Notes: generated by a model from the sequence alone, not told the origin. Counted from the stretch's first letter, positions 18,501 to 28,570 are shown. The stretch is DNA of 64,000 bases from Candidatus Micrarchaeota archaeon (GCA_964647855.1 CAZYJW010000002.1:308399-372398); one strand, 5' to 3'. A program made the numbers and translations.

Positions 18501-18781
18501 TTTACTACATCCCTGAACTGGGACCTGAATTCGAGCAGCTCCTTCCTGAGCATCTCGAGCGTCTCAAGAACGAGCTTTCCGGGCTCGCCCTTTTTCGTCC
18601 TCACGAAAAGCTTGGGATGCGCGACAAGCGGGTGCTCGACCTTGTAGGACGCGAACTCCACGTCCTTGTCCTCGCTGAGCCTCTCGGCGAGCATCTGGGC
18701 GAGCGACTGGTCGCAGCCGCAGAGCTCCATCTCGATGACATTCTTCTCGTTCGTAAGTATGCGTACTTCCATGTCCTGCAC
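18497..18781 (-). CDS. rpoL: DNA-directed RNA polymerase subunit L (Rpo11)
   Basis: 94 aa; IEMELCGCDQSLAQMLAERL...ASYKVEHPLVAHPKLFVRT pattern of RpoL/Rpb11. Confidence 0.85.
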   Translation of the reverse strand: MQDMEVRILTNEKNVIEMELCGCDQSLAQMLAERLSEDKDVEFASYKVEHPLVAHPKLFVRTKKGEPGKLVLETLEMLRKELLEFRSQFRDVVK

Positions 18782-18787
18782 CTCGGA

Positions 18788-19516
18788 TCAGTATGAACCG
18801 GCCCTTCCGCCCGGGCCCGGGCGCCTTCCGAAGGGCCTGCGCCGGTCGCCGCCCCTGCGGTCGCCCCCCTCGCGGCCCCCGCTTCCGCGGAACCCGCCGC
18901 GCCGCTCGAACCCGCCTTCCCTGCGCCGCGGGAACCTCTCCCTGCGCTCCTCCTCTGGAGGGGGCGCCTCGCCCTCTTTGAGGGGAAGCTTGCGCCGCTC
19001 CTTCCAGAAGCAGGCGGGGCAGATGAATATGCGCTCATGGAGCCCCATCCGGCTGCGGCACTTGGGGCAGAACGCCATGATGACTCCGCAGTCGTGCGGA
19101 AGAATCGTGATTTCAAGGCCGCTCTTTTCGACTTTGCTGATTTTCGCCTTGACTATGTCGCCTATCTTCACCTCGTCGCGCATGTCGCGGACATATCCCC
19201 TGCGCACCGCGGTGACCGGAAGCACGGCCTCGAACTCGACGCCGCGCCCGCCGCCCTCGGCCTCCTCGAGGGGTATGCAGCCGCCGATGGCCTTGTTCAG
19301 GCCCGCCTTGATGATTAGGCAGTATGCCGCCATCCCGGGCTCGGGCTTCCTGAGCGTCCTTCCCTTGACGAGGACCTCGGCCTTCCCCGGGGCGCTCGCA
19401 TCCTCGCCGGCCCCGGCCGAATAGACCTCGTCGTTTTCCGAGTATGTGTTCTGGCCCGGCTCGGCCTCCTCGGCGCTGGTGAGGTGGTCTCCGGGCAAAA
19501 CTAGCTTCTTATCCAT
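18788..19516 (-). CDS. csl4: Exosome complex RNA-binding protein Csl4 with RGG-rich C-terminal extension
   Basis: VLPGDHL start, S1 segment (VRDMRDEVKIGDIVKAKI), zinc ribbon CPKC...CPAC, then ~60 aa RGG/RRE-rich tail. Confidence 0.8.
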   Translation of the reverse strand: MDKKLVLPGDHLTSAEEAEPGQNTYSENDEVYSAGAGEDASAPGKAEVLVKGRTLRKPEPGMAAYCLIIKAGLNKAIGGCIPLEEAEGGGRGVEFEAVLPVTAVRRGYVRDMRDEVKIGDIVKAKISKVEKSGLEITILPHDCGVIMAFCPKCRSRMGLHERIFICPACFWKERRKLPLKEGEAPPPEEERRERFPRRREGGFERRGGFRGSGGREGGDRRGGDRRRPFGRRPGPGGRAGSY

Positions 19517-19563
19517 GGTAATGCCTCTATGGGTCGAAGAGGATTTACTATTGAAAAGGAAGA

Positions 19564-19573
19564 GTTTTTAAAG
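19564..19573 (+). promoter_or_regulatory. TATA-like box (GTTTTTAAAG) about 42 nt upstream of ATG 19611
   Basis: AT-rich element; GGTGGG SD-like site precedes the ATG. Confidence 0.35.
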
Positions 19574-19610
19574 ATGGATAGTGCGTTCTCTCTGAAATGG
19601 CGGTGGGTCC

Positions 19611-20852
19611 ATGAAACGCCCGGTGCTTGTCCTCTGCATAGACCGCGACAACGACCTTTTCGAGAAAGGCAAGGTCAGCGGCCCCCTCGTCGGCAGGGAG
19701 AAGAACGTCCAGGGCGCGCTGGCGCTGTCGCTCGCGGACCCCGAGGACCCCGACTCCAACGCTATATACTATGCCGTCAAGACGTACGACCAGATGAGGG
19801 CCGAGGGCTTCAATGTCGAGGTCGTGACGCTCACGGGGGACAAGAAGCTCGGCTACCGCGCCGACAAGGAAGTCAGCTCGCAGTTCGACAGGATAATAAC
19901 CGAGCTCAACCCCTCATCGTGCGTCCTGATATCGGACGGCGCCTCCGACGAGGAGATAATACCGATAATCAAGTCGAGGCTCAAGATAGACTCGACCAAG
20001 ATAGTGTTCATCAAGCAGGCCAAGGAGCTCGAGAAGACGTATTTCGTCCTTCTCGAAAAGCTCAGGGACCCCCATTTCGCGAAGACGATGATCGGCATCC
20101 CCGCCCTGCTTCTCCTGCTCACTGCCGCATCGGTCACGCTCGGCTGGGGCTGGCTGCCGATAGTGATAGCGGTGGCCGGATACGCCCTGCTCCGCGTGTA
20201 TGGCATAGAGGACTGGTTCGCGGACATCCTCAAGGACTTCCGGTTCTCGTTCGAGCGCACCGCCTGGATAGGATACATCGGCGCGGGGGCGGTCCTCACC
20301 ATAGGCGTTTCCGTGGCGTACCAGACTCTGCAGAAGGGGGTCGCGCTCGGGCTTCCCAACGACAAGCTCATAGCCCTTGTGGGGGGAAGCGTGAGCTGGA
20401 TAGCGTTCACCGCGCTCCTCCTTGTAATGGCCGGCAAATCAATCGACGCGCTCATGGAGAAGAAGAAATACCGCATCGCGAAATACATGCTTTATACCGC
20501 CGCCGGAGGCCTCGCGGCTTTCGTAGTCCTTGTCGGCAGCAGCTGGATAGCCAACCTCAACGAGCCCTATGTGGACTTCGGCCAGTTCCTGTTTGCTATC
20601 GCCCTGTCGCTCGTGCTCGGGTACGTGGCGGCCTACGTGGTCAACTGGTACCGCAAGGAGGTCCTGATGGACATGAAGGTCGAGGGGAAGGAGGCCATCA
20701 CCGAGAACGGCACGTACCTCGGGAAGATTGTCGGCATAGACGGCCGCAGGGGCAAGGTAATAATACAGACGATATTCGACAAGAGGTACGCGCTGCCGAT
20801 GTCCGCGGTCGTCTCGGTCGAGGACAACGTCGTGCTGAAATCCGGGGAATGA
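19611..20852 (+). CDS. DUF373-family archaeal membrane protein with C-terminal PRC-barrel-like segment
   Basis: N-terminal VLVLCIDRDNDLFEKGKVSGPLVGREKN...DPDSNAIYYAV resembles DUF373; central TM helices. Confidence 0.55.
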   Translation: MKRPVLVLCIDRDNDLFEKGKVSGPLVGREKNVQGALALSLADPEDPDSNAIYYAVKTYDQMRAEGFNVEVVTLTGDKKLGYRADKEVSSQFDRIITELNPSSCVLISDGASDEEIIPIIKSRLKIDSTKIVFIKQAKELEKTYFVLLEKLRDPHFAKTMIGIPALLLLLTAASVTLGWGWLPIVIAVAGYALLRVYGIEDWFADILKDFRFSFERTAWIGYIGAGAVLTIGVSVAYQTLQKGVALGLPNDKLIALVGGSVSWIAFTALLLVMAGKSIDALMEKKKYRIAKYMLYTAAGGLAAFVVLVGSSWIANLNEPYVDFGQFLFAIALSLVLGYVAAYVVNWYRKEVLMDMKVEGKEAITENGTYLGKIVGIDGRRGKVIIQTIFDKRYALPMSAVVSVEDNVVLKSGE

Positions 20853-20902
20853 GCGGGGCGGCGCGCCCTGCGCGCATGCCGGAATCCAGGCGGGCCCTGC
20901 AA

Positions 20903-22882
20903 TCAGCCGGACTGGCGCTTCATCTTGCGCAGGAGCTCCTTCTTGGCCCTGCAGTCCTTGAGCGCATGCTCGAGGACGTCGGAGATGTCCTTGACGAGCA
21001 CGACCTCGATTTTCTTGGCCCGCTCGGCGGGCAGATAGACGTCCTGGGCGTTGGCCTCGGGTATCAGCGCCTTCCCTATTCCTGACTCGATGGCCGCGTC
21101 AATCTTGCCGGTGATGCCCCCGACGGGAAGCACGCGGCCGCGCACGTCCAGCGACCCCGTCATCGCGACGTCCTGCCGCACGGGGATTTCCGATATCGCC
21201 GATATCACGGCGACCGCGGTCGATATCGATGCGCTGTCGCCCTCCACGCCCTCGTAGGTCTGGAGGTACTGTATGTGGAGGTCGGTCCGCGCGATTGCGG
21301 TCCCGATGTATTTCTTGAAGATGGCGGACACGTTGTCGACCGCCTCCTTGGCTATAACGCCGAGCTTGCCGGTCGCTATCACGCGGCCCTCGCTTTTCGA
21401 CGCCGCCGGCGTCGCCTCCGCCACAATCGGCAGGACGAGCCCGGCGCGCGAGTCGCCGAGGACCGCGAGGCCGTTCACGCGCCCGACCTCCGCGCCGCTC
21501 GTTATTATCGTCTGGTACTCCTTCTTGTGCTCGATTATTTTCGCGCCGAGCTGGCTCTCGATGGACTTGAACACCTTCTTCGCATCGAGGACCTCGGCCT
21601 TCGTGACGAGCGCGACCCCCTTCTCGCGCGCGATGTCCCCGGCCGCGCGGACGAGGCCGCCGAGCTCGCGCAGGTTCAGCGTGAATTTCCTGCGCCTGCC
21701 TGACATGCGGCGCGCCTCCTCTATGATTTCCGAAACCGCGCCCTGGTCGAAATGGGGTATCTTGCCGTCGCGCCTGACCTCCTGCGCGATGAAGCGCACG
21801 AGCGCCGCCTCGTTCTCGGGGGAATCGTCCATGGAATCCTCGACGTAGACCTCGTATCCTCCGCCCCGGATGCGCGAGCGGAGCGCCGGGTGGATGTGCG
21901 CCATGTCGGGCAGGTTGCCGGCCGCGACAAGGACGAAGTCCGTCGGCACGGGCTGCGTCTTGACGAGCGCGCCCGAGCTCATCTCGCTCTGGCCGGTAAT
22001 CGGGTACTTGCGCTCCTGCATCGCCGTGAGTATCTCCTGCTGCCAGTTGAGCTTCATCGATGCTATCTCGTCGATGAAGAGCACGCCCCGGTTGGCCTGG
22101 TGTATCGCCCCCGCCTCGACCCGCAGGTGCGCGGGGGTGCCGAGCCCGCCGGACTGGAGCGGGTCGTGCTTGATGTCGCCCAGCAGCGCGCCCGAGCGCG
22201 AGCCCGTCGCGTCGATGAACGGCGCGGTGAAGCGCTCGCTGTTGTCGACGATGAGCTTCGGGTTGCTCTGCTCGGTTATCATGAGCCGCCTTCCGAGGCC
22301 CGCCGTGGCGTTCGATATTATCAGCAGGAAGCCGAGCCCGAGCACGGTCACTATGGCGAGCATCTTCACGTTCTCGGCTATCTCGCTCGCGAGCACTATC
22401 GCCAAAATCAGCAGGCCGGCGAGGCCGATTATCAGCGTGGATGGCGGGCCCCTGGGCTCCTCGCGCGGCTTCTGGTATGTGGAAACGCGCCTTCCGAGGC
22501 CGACCCGCAGCGGCTTCGGCGCCTTCTCCTTCGATTCGGAGGCGCGCTTCATCTTCTCGAGCTCCTTCGCCGAGAAGTACCTCTCCAGCTTGTTCCGCTT
22601 CACGTAATCATAGTCCGGATGCGTGCTCATGACACGCACGAGCGGCTGGTTCTCGTTGTTCGGGTTCGGGTAGACCAGGACGTCCTCGAGGCGCTCGCTC
22701 TGCATCAGCTCTGCCATGGCCTGCGCCATCATGCTCTTGCCCGTGCCGGGGGGGCCTATCAGCAGGACGTTGCGCTTCTGCCTCGCGGCCTTCCTGACGA
22801 TGTCTACCGCCTTACCCTGCCCGATTATCTGGTCGATGATGCGCTCGGGGACAGCTACCTCTGCGGTTGATTTGATTGACAT
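20903..22882 (-). CDS. lonB: Archaeal membrane-bound Lon protease (LonB)
   Basis: Walker [15 protein letters not shown] insertion in the ATPase domain, C-terminal S16 domain with EGDSASIS and [10 protein letters not shown]. Confidence 0.9.
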   Translation of the reverse strand: MSIKSTAEVAVPERIIDQIIGQGKAVDIVRKAARQKRNVLLIGPPGTGKSMMAQAMAELMQSERLEDVLVYPNPNNENQPLVRVMSTHPDYDYVKRNKLERYFSAKELEKMKRASESKEKAPKPLRVGLGRRVSTYQKPREEPRGPPSTLIIGLAGLLILAIVLASEIAENVKMLAIVTVLGLGFLLIISNATAGLGRRLMITEQSNPKLIVDNSERFTAPFIDATGSRSGALLGDIKHDPLQSGGLGTPAHLRVEAGAIHQANRGVLFIDEIASMKLNWQQEILTAMQERKYPITGQSEMSSGALVKTQPVPTDFVLVAAGNLPDMAHIHPALRSRIRGGGYEVYVEDSMDDSPENEAALVRFIAQEVRRDGKIPHFDQGAVSEIIEEARRMSGRRRKFTLNLRELGGLVRAAGDIAREKGVALVTKAEVLDAKKVFKSIESQLGAKIIEHKKEYQTIITSGAEVGRVNGLAVLGDSRAGLVLPIVAEATPAASKSEGRVIATGKLGVIAKEAVDNVSAIFKKYIGTAIARTDLHIQYLQTYEGVEGDSASISTAVAVISAISEIPVRQDVAMTGSLDVRGRVLPVGGITGKIDAAIESGIGKALIPEANAQDVYLPAERAKKIEVVLVKDISDVLEHALKDCRAKKELLRKMKRQSG

Positions 22883-22943
22883 AGGATTATCACATGGATA
22901 TGGGGCCGGATGGGGTATTAATTACTTTCTCTGCCGCCGCGCC

Positions 22944-24170
22944 TCACGAAACGACGCGGACCCCTTTGAAGGCGATTTTGGGTGACACCAGGGAGCCGAA
23001 TGTCCTTGCCGTCTTCCCGATGCCCTCTATGTTGCGGAACAACTCGAAGACATTCGCGCTGAGCATGAAGCCCTTCAGCGGCCTGCGCCCCCCATCCTCA
23101 ACGAGATACGCCGCGCTCACCTCGAGGCCTACGTCCCCGGTGGTGGGGTTGGCGGTGTGCGAGCCGTGGGCTGAGAGCACCTCGATGTGCCGCCCCAGCT
23201 CCGCGAAGTCCTCCACGTCGCCCGGCGAGATTACTATGTTTGAGACGCTGATGCCGGGCGGGGCGTCGTATGAGTCCCGCGCGCAAGAGCCCGGCTCGCC
23301 CGCATTCGCGAGCGCCGCGGTCTCCCTGTCGTAGAGGAACGCAGAGACCGTGCCAGAATCGACGAGTTTTCTCCGCTCAGAAGGCGTGCCCTCGTCGTCG
23401 AAAGGCCGCGAGTTTATCGCGCCGCAGAGGGGGTCGTCGGCGATTGTAAGCATCTCGGAAAACGTCTTTTCGCCCGCAACGAGCTTCGTGATTCCCCTCC
23501 GCTTCCAGTCTCCGGAGAAGGACGGCAGGAGCGGCTCGAGCACGTTGTCGAGCGCCTCCTGCGATATCACAACCGTGTATTGGCCGGCCTCGGGCTTTCC
23601 GGCGCCCTTCATCGAAAGCGCCATGTCCGCGGCCTGGCAGCCGAGAATCGAGGCCTCCGCGGAGGGCATGCGGTTCGAAGCGGCGTAGGCGAACCCGAAG
23701 CCGTCATCGTGCATGCATTCTACGTAGAGGGAGAACGCGCTGCGGGGGTATTCGCCCGAAAAGCCCTCGGTGTTCTCGAGTGAGATTCTGCTTTTTTCGG
23801 CCCCGAGAATGACCCTCGCCTTACCGCCGGGCGATTCCGCGCAGGCCCTCGCCTCTTCGACCATGTCGCGCAGGGGAGAGAAGTCTTCCGGGTCGAACGC
23901 CCGGTCGAGCAGGTCCGGCGGCGGCGTCGCCGACGGCGGGGCGAAAGAGAATCCGCTTTCGACAGAATGCGCCGAAAGGGCCTGCGCCCTTGCGAGCGCA
24001 TCGTTGAGCATGGATTCGTCCTGGCAGTATGCGAAGCCGAGCCTCCGCCCGCAAAGCACCCTCACCGCGATTCCGCAGGTCGTGTCGGACTCGCGGGATT
24101 TGAGCTCGCCTCCGCTGTATGAGAGCCGGGCCGACTGGGATTCGACCCTGAAAACCTCGCGCGAATCCAT
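22944..24170 (-). CDS. TldD/PmbA family metallopeptidase component
   Basis: 408 aa; N-terminal GIAVRVLCGRRLGFAYCQD and C-terminal SHGSHTANPTTGDVGLEVSAAYLVEDG patterns typical of PmbA/TldD. Confidence 0.75.
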   Translation of the reverse strand: MDSREVFRVESQSARLSYSGGELKSRESDTTCGIAVRVLCGRRLGFAYCQDESMLNDALARAQALSAHSVESGFSFAPPSATPPPDLLDRAFDPEDFSPLRDMVEEARACAESPGGKARVILGAEKSRISLENTEGFSGEYPRSAFSLYVECMHDDGFGFAYAASNRMPSAEASILGCQAADMALSMKGAGKPEAGQYTVVISQEALDNVLEPLLPSFSGDWKRRGITKLVAGEKTFSEMLTIADDPLCGAINSRPFDDEGTPSERRKLVDSGTVSAFLYDRETAALANAGEPGSCARDSYDAPPGISVSNIVISPGDVEDFAELGRHIEVLSAHGSHTANPTTGDVGLEVSAAYLVEDGGRRPLKGFMLSANVFELFRNIEGIGKTARTFGSLVSPKIAFKGVRVVS

Positions 24171-24204
24171 GCGGACGCCGTCCTGATGGCTTGCCTTCCG
24201 CGGC

Positions 24205-25371
24205 TCAGCCCTTTCTGCGCTTCCTGCCGCCCTTCATGCCCCTCCAGTAGAACACGGCGAAGGCAAGGAGCAGCAGGAGCGCGAGCAGCAGCGCGATTGT
24301 GAGCGCCCCCTGCCCGAATAGCGCGGTGTCGGAGCCTTCGCCCCCGTCCGGGCGGGCGAAAGCCGCGATTGCGATGCTCCTTAGGATTGTGCCGTTGCGA
24401 AGGAGCGAGACGCGGTATTCGCCGGGTTTGCCGAGCGGGAGCGCGAACGTGCCGTCATCGCCGGTCGTTCCGCTCGTGTTCTTCCCGTCCGGGCCGGTGA
24501 CCACATAATCGCACCCAACGCAGGGCTTGCCGTCCGATGTCGCGTTGCAGTCAATCTGCGCGCCCGCGAACGCGGTGCCCGTGCACGAAACGTTGCCCTG
24601 CACGCACTCGTTCAGGATGCAGGCGTAGCCCTCGGGGCAGATGGGGCAGTCAGGCGCGTTCCCGCAGGCATATGGCACGAGGGTGTGGTTGACCGCGTAT
24701 CCGCAGCCGGAGACCGCCTCGCAGCGACCGCGCTGCGCCACGGCGCTGAGCATGCAGAACTCATCGTCCGCGCAGTCGGAATCCTCGGTGCACCCGGGGC
24801 TTTCCTGCGGCGGCTTCTCCACGCACACGTGGCTCTCGCAGACATCGCCGGCCGGGCAGTCTGAATCCTGGCAGCATTCGTATTCCACGCAGGCGTGGTT
24901 CTTCACCACGCCGCAGCCGCATTGCACCGGGACGCACTGGCCGTTTTCGCAGTATTCCGCATCCGGGCAGTCTGCATCGGCTGCGCACTCCGGGCACGAG
25001 CCGCACGGGGCGAGTTCGACAGTAGTCAGGCTGGACGGGAAGTCGTCGAGGGTGGCCTTGATGTCCACCCTGCGGCCGCAGGCCATGAATGCATAAACGC
25101 CCTGCGCGTCGGTGTCCCCCGTGTCGATGAGCGTCGCGTCGCTCGTGTCCTTCACGGAGATGTGCGCGCCCTCCAGGGGGACCCCGTTCCCGTCAAGGAC
25201 GGTCACGACCGCCCCCTCGCAGGAGACGTCCACCTGGATGATCATCGTATTCTCGTAATCGTCATCGTCGCCCGGGCCGCTGGGAAGGTATGGGAACGCA
25301 AGCCCAGCCAGCATGGCGAAGACCATGAATGCCGCAATGAGTCTCATGCATCCAGATGGCCGCATAATCAT
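24205..25371 (-). CDS. Cys-rich cell-surface protein, signal peptide + C-terminal TM anchor, CarboxypepD_reg-like end domains
   Basis: Signal-like N-terminus; repeated C-x-[DS]-x-D-C-P-x-x-x-x-C units; VTVLDGNGVPLEGAHISV and VTGPDGKNTSGTTGDDGTFALPL beta-sandwich motifs; C-terminal LLLALLLLLAFAVFYW followed by RKRRKG. Confidence 0.65.
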   Translation of the reverse strand: MIMRPSGCMRLIAAFMVFAMLAGLAFPYLPSGPGDDDDYENTMIIQVDVSCEGAVVTVLDGNGVPLEGAHISVKDTSDATLIDTGDTDAQGVYAFMACGRRVDIKATLDDFPSSLTTVELAPCGSCPECAADADCPDAEYCENGQCVPVQCGCGVVKNHACVEYECCQDSDCPAGDVCESHVCVEKPPQESPGCTEDSDCADDEFCMLSAVAQRGRCEAVSGCGYAVNHTLVPYACGNAPDCPICPEGYACILNECVQGNVSCTGTAFAGAQIDCNATSDGKPCVGCDYVVTGPDGKNTSGTTGDDGTFALPLGKPGEYRVSLLRNGTILRSIAIAAFARPDGGEGSDTALFGQGALTIALLLALLLLLAFAVFYWRGMKGGRKRRKG

Positions 25372-25427
25372 TATAATATGGTGTGGGGCGGGGGGAGGTT
25401 AATAACCCCCTTCTCCGTAGGGATGCC

Positions 25428-25964
25428 ATGAGGCTTTTTGTTGCCGTTCCTGTTCCGGAGGACATCAGGGAGAGGGCGGCCGCCGCGGGGCGGGAAATCG
25501 CCCTTGGGGGGGTCGTCCCGGTGAAGCCGCAGAACATGCACCTCACGCTCAGGTTCATCGGGGAGGCAACGGAAGAGGATGCGAAGGCCATCGCATCCGC
25601 GCTCAGGGCCGTCCGCTTCGCGCCGTTCGAATGCGCAATCCGCGGCGTGGGCGCCTTTCCGGGCGGGAACTATGTCCGCGTCGTATGGGCTGGATGCGAG
25701 AGCAAAGGCGCGCTCGAGGCCCTGGCCTCCGCGGTTGCGGCGGCATTGAAGGGCTTCGGGGGGGACGAACGCTTCGCAGCGCACCTTACGATAGCGAGGG
25801 TGAAGAGGAAGGCCGACCTCGGGGCGTTCCTGGAGAAGCGCCGCGCGGAGGATTTCGGCTCCTTCAAGGCCGATTGCTTCGAGCTGGTTGAAAGCGTCCT
25901 TGCCCCGGGCGGCCCGCAGTACCGGGTGCTTGCGGAGTTCCGCGCGGAGGGGGGCGATGCTTGA
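25428..25964 (+). CDS. thpR: RNA 2',3'-cyclic phosphodiesterase (2H family, ThpR/LigT-like)
   Basis: Two H-x-T-x motifs (HLTLRF, HLTIAR); MRLFVAV start typical; start trimmed to ATG 25428. Confidence 0.85.
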   Translation: MRLFVAVPVPEDIRERAAAAGREIALGGVVPVKPQNMHLTLRFIGEATEEDAKAIASALRAVRFAPFECAIRGVGAFPGGNYVRVVWAGCESKGALEALASAVAAALKGFGGDERFAAHLTIARVKRKADLGAFLEKRRAEDFGSFKADCFELVESVLAPGGPQYRVLAEFRAEGGDA

Positions 25965-26802
25965 GTTCCTCCCCGCTCTCGGGTCCCTCGCCTCATACGG
26001 GTCGATGGGAGCGGTCTCGAAGATGGCGATAGGCAGGCTGGGCAGGCACAGGGCCGTCGCCTACTCCTATGCCGCCCTGGCAATTCTTCTCGCCGCAGCC
26101 GCGCTCGCCTCAGGGCTCGGCCGCTGGCTTCCATGGGGCATGCTTCCGATCTACGCGCTACAGATAGCCGTCGGGGCAATCGGCTCCGTTGCCGAGTACA
26201 AGGCGCTCCACTACGGGAAACCGGGCATCATAATCCCGGTCGGCCGGATAAACAGCGTTCTCGTCCTCGCTGCGAGCATGGCGTTCCTCGGTGAACAAAT
26301 ATCCGCCGTGCAGGCGCTCGGGAGCGCGCTAATCGTGCTGGCGGCACTTGTCATCGCGAGGGACGAGGGGGGCAGGCTCAGGCTCGAGCCCTGGATGCCG
26401 TTCCTCGCCGTGTCTGTCCTGTGCAGAGCGTATTATTACACCGCGATAGCGCAGTTCGTGTCTGCGCTCGGTGCCTTCGGCGCGAGCCTCTGGCTGGAAA
26501 TCGGCATCGGCGCCTTCATCGTCGCGTTCCATGCGCTCCGCGGGAGGGACCTGTCGCTCCCCCGCCCCGCCTCGGGCGCCGCGCTTCCGCTCGCCGCGGG
26601 AATACTCCTGTTCTGCGGCTCGCTGCTCTATAGCGCCTCCGTGGGGCTGATAGGCGCGGGCCTCACTTCGGCCATATATTCGGGCACCCCGATCGTGAAT
26701 GCGGCCCTCGCCTACGCGCTCCTGGGCGAGAGGCTGGATGCGGCCAAATACGGCGCCGTGGGCCTCGTAGTGCTGGGGCTCGCGCTGGTTTTCATAGGAT
26801 GA
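25957..26802 (+). CDS. EamA/DMT-family transporter
   Basis: About ten hydrophobic helices in two similar halves; ATG 25957 overlaps thpR stop by 8 nt. Confidence 0.65.
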   Translation: MLEFLPALGSLASYGSMGAVSKMAIGRLGRHRAVAYSYAALAILLAAAALASGLGRWLPWGMLPIYALQIAVGAIGSVAEYKALHYGKPGIIIPVGRINSVLVLAASMAFLGEQISAVQALGSALIVLAALVIARDEGGRLRLEPWMPFLAVSVLCRAYYYTAIAQFVSALGAFGASLWLEIGIGAFIVAFHALRGRDLSLPRPASGAALPLAAGILLFCGSLLYSASVGLIGAGLTSAIYSGTPIVNAALAYALLGERLDAAKYGAVGLVVLGLALVFIG

Positions 26803-26835
26803 GAAGAAGGGAAAATGAAAAAGGGAAGGGTGCGC

Positions 26836-27750
26836 TCAGCCGAGGAGCGCGTCGATTGCGAGCTTCAGCTTGGCGTACTCCGGGCTCGCTATGAGGACAT
26901 AGGTGTTCCCGTCGTCAGTGACGCCGTACTCGAAGCCTGCGCCGGCCGCTGCCGCCTTGACCTCGGCCTCGCTGAACTTGGACGCGTCCGCGAGGATGTA
27001 GAAGGTCGGGGTTCCGGCGCTCCCGGTGTTGTATCCCGAGACCGCCTGCCAGTCGCTCGTGAAGTCCTCCACTTCCGTGGCATAGGTGTCTGCGTCGAGG
27101 CAGGCCGCGAAGGCGGCCTGGTCGAGCCCGCTGATGTTCTGGGCGAGCAGCTTCAGGTTGTCCTTGGAATACTTTCCGTCGTTCTCCTCGGGCGTCTGCG
27201 CGTCGTAGATGGCATCATGCATCTCCCAGTACTTGCCCTGGGCGTTGGCGCACATGGCCGCGTTTGACGCGTCCACGGACTCCTGGCCGAGGAATGCCAC
27301 CGGATAGTGCCTGAGCGCGGCCTTGCCGGTGTCGACATAGTCGGCCTCGTAGCTCTTGATTGTCCCGATGATGGGCCCGTAGCGCGAGGCGTAGGCGTCG
27401 GCCCATGCCGAGCCGTATGTCATGCCGCAGAAGGGGCACTGGAAGTCCGAGAACTCGATTAGCGTCAATCCGTTCGATTCCGAGCCCTTCAGGGGGGAAT
27501 CAGAGAGCAGCGATGGCACCCTCATGACGGGAGCTTCGGCGGCTTCGGCAGTGCCGTTTCCGCTCTGGTTGGCCGCGGGCTGGACCGTGCTCTCGTTGCA
27601 CGGCGGGCATGTGAGCGGGGGGCTCTTGACTATCCCGAATCCCTGCGTGAGCGCCGATATCACAAGGAGCACCGCAAGGCCCATGATGACGATTCCGTAG
27701 AACACGTCTTTGCTGAGCGTGACCTGATTCGATGGGCTGTCTGACAACAT
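26836..27750 (-). CDS. Extracytoplasmic DsbA-like thiol:disulfide oxidoreductase (thioredoxin fold, CPFC)
   Basis: LIEFSDFQCPFCG active-site motif; N-terminal TM anchor; start trimmed to ATG 27750, which is preceded by GGAGAGGTGAT SD. Confidence 0.75.
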   Translation of the reverse strand: MLSDSPSNQVTLSKDVFYGIVIMGLAVLLVISALTQGFGIVKSPPLTCPPCNESTVQPAANQSGNGTAEAAEAPVMRVPSLLSDSPLKGSESNGLTLIEFSDFQCPFCGMTYGSAWADAYASRYGPIIGTIKSYEADYVDTGKAALRHYPVAFLGQESVDASNAAMCANAQGKYWEMHDAIYDAQTPEENDGKYSKDNLKLLAQNISGLDQAAFAACLDADTYATEVEDFTSDWQAVSGYNTGSAGTPTFYILADASKFSEAEVKAAAAGAGFEYGVTDDGNTYVLIASPEYAKLKLAIDALLG

Positions 27751-27874
27751 ATCACCTCTCCTAGAGAAAAACGATATTAATTGCGCTCCAACCCTATTTA
27801 ATGGTTTTGAAATGGCGCGCCCATGGCGGGGATAACTATAATAAGATTCCAGGGGCATCCCCCTTGCTGGTCTT

Positions 27875-28570
27875 ATGGTCACACTCGACCGCGCGATAAT
27901 CGCGTCATACGAGAAGGAAGGCAAGAGGTTCGAGCTCTATGTCGACCCGGACGCCGCATACGCGTTCGTGGAGAGGCGCAAGCCGGACGTCAAGAACATC
28001 CTTGTCGCCGAGGAGATATACGAGGACGCGAAGAAGGGCGAGAAGGCGAAGGCCTCGGACGTCCAGAAGGTGTTCGGCACGAGCGACATCCTCGAGATCC
28101 TGGAGTTCGTGCTGAGGAACGGCGAGGTCCAGCTCACCACCGAGCAGCGGAGAAAGAAGGTGGAGGAGAAGCGCAGGCAGATTGTGGCGATTCTGCTCCG
28201 TGAGGCGATAGACCCCAGGACCAAGGCGCCGCACACGCAGATACGCCTCGAGCAGGCCATGGAGCAGGCCCGCATCCACGTCGACCCCTTCAAGGACGCG
28301 CGCGAGCAGATGGAGGAGGTGGTGAAGGCGCTCCGCCCCATCCTGCCCATGAAGTTCGAGAAGATGAAAATCGCGGTCAAGGTTCCGGCCGCCTTCGCGC
28401 ACAAGTGCTACGGCACCCTGAAGAACTACGGAATCGAGCGGGAGCAGTGGCTCAATTCGGGCGAGCTGGTCGCCGTTGTCGAAATATTCGGCGGGCTCCA
28501 GGGCGAGTTCTACGACAAGCTGAACAAGCTGACCGCCGGCCAGGTCGAAACCAAGGTGCTGCCGTCCTGA
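27875..28570 (+). CDS. sdo1: SBDS-family ribosome maturation protein (Sdo1)
   Basis: IIASYEKEGKRFELYVDPDAAYAF...NILVAEEIYEDAKKGEKA FYSH-domain pattern; superoperon position upstream of rrp4. Confidence 0.9.
   Translation: MVTLDRAIIASYEKEGKRFELYVDPDAAYAFVERRKPDVKNILVAEEIYEDAKKGEKAKASDVQKVFGTSDILEILEFVLRNGEVQLTTEQRRKKVEEKRRQIVAILLREAIDPRTKAPHTQIRLEQAMEQARIHVDPFKDAREQMEEVVKALRPILPMKFEKMKIAVKVPAAFAHKCYGTLKNYGIEREQWLNSGELVAVVEIFGGLQGEFYDKLNKLTAGQVETKVLPS

Noticed and set aside
21752-22870. 372-aa plus-strand ORF antisense to lonB. Analogous cases are 28642-29574(-) antisense to rrp4/rrp41, 29546-30553(-), 33454-34458(-), 59355-60329(+) and 57285-58070(+)
   Set aside because: Each overlaps a gene with unambiguous family motifs on the other strand or frame and has off-frame, low-complexity composition.
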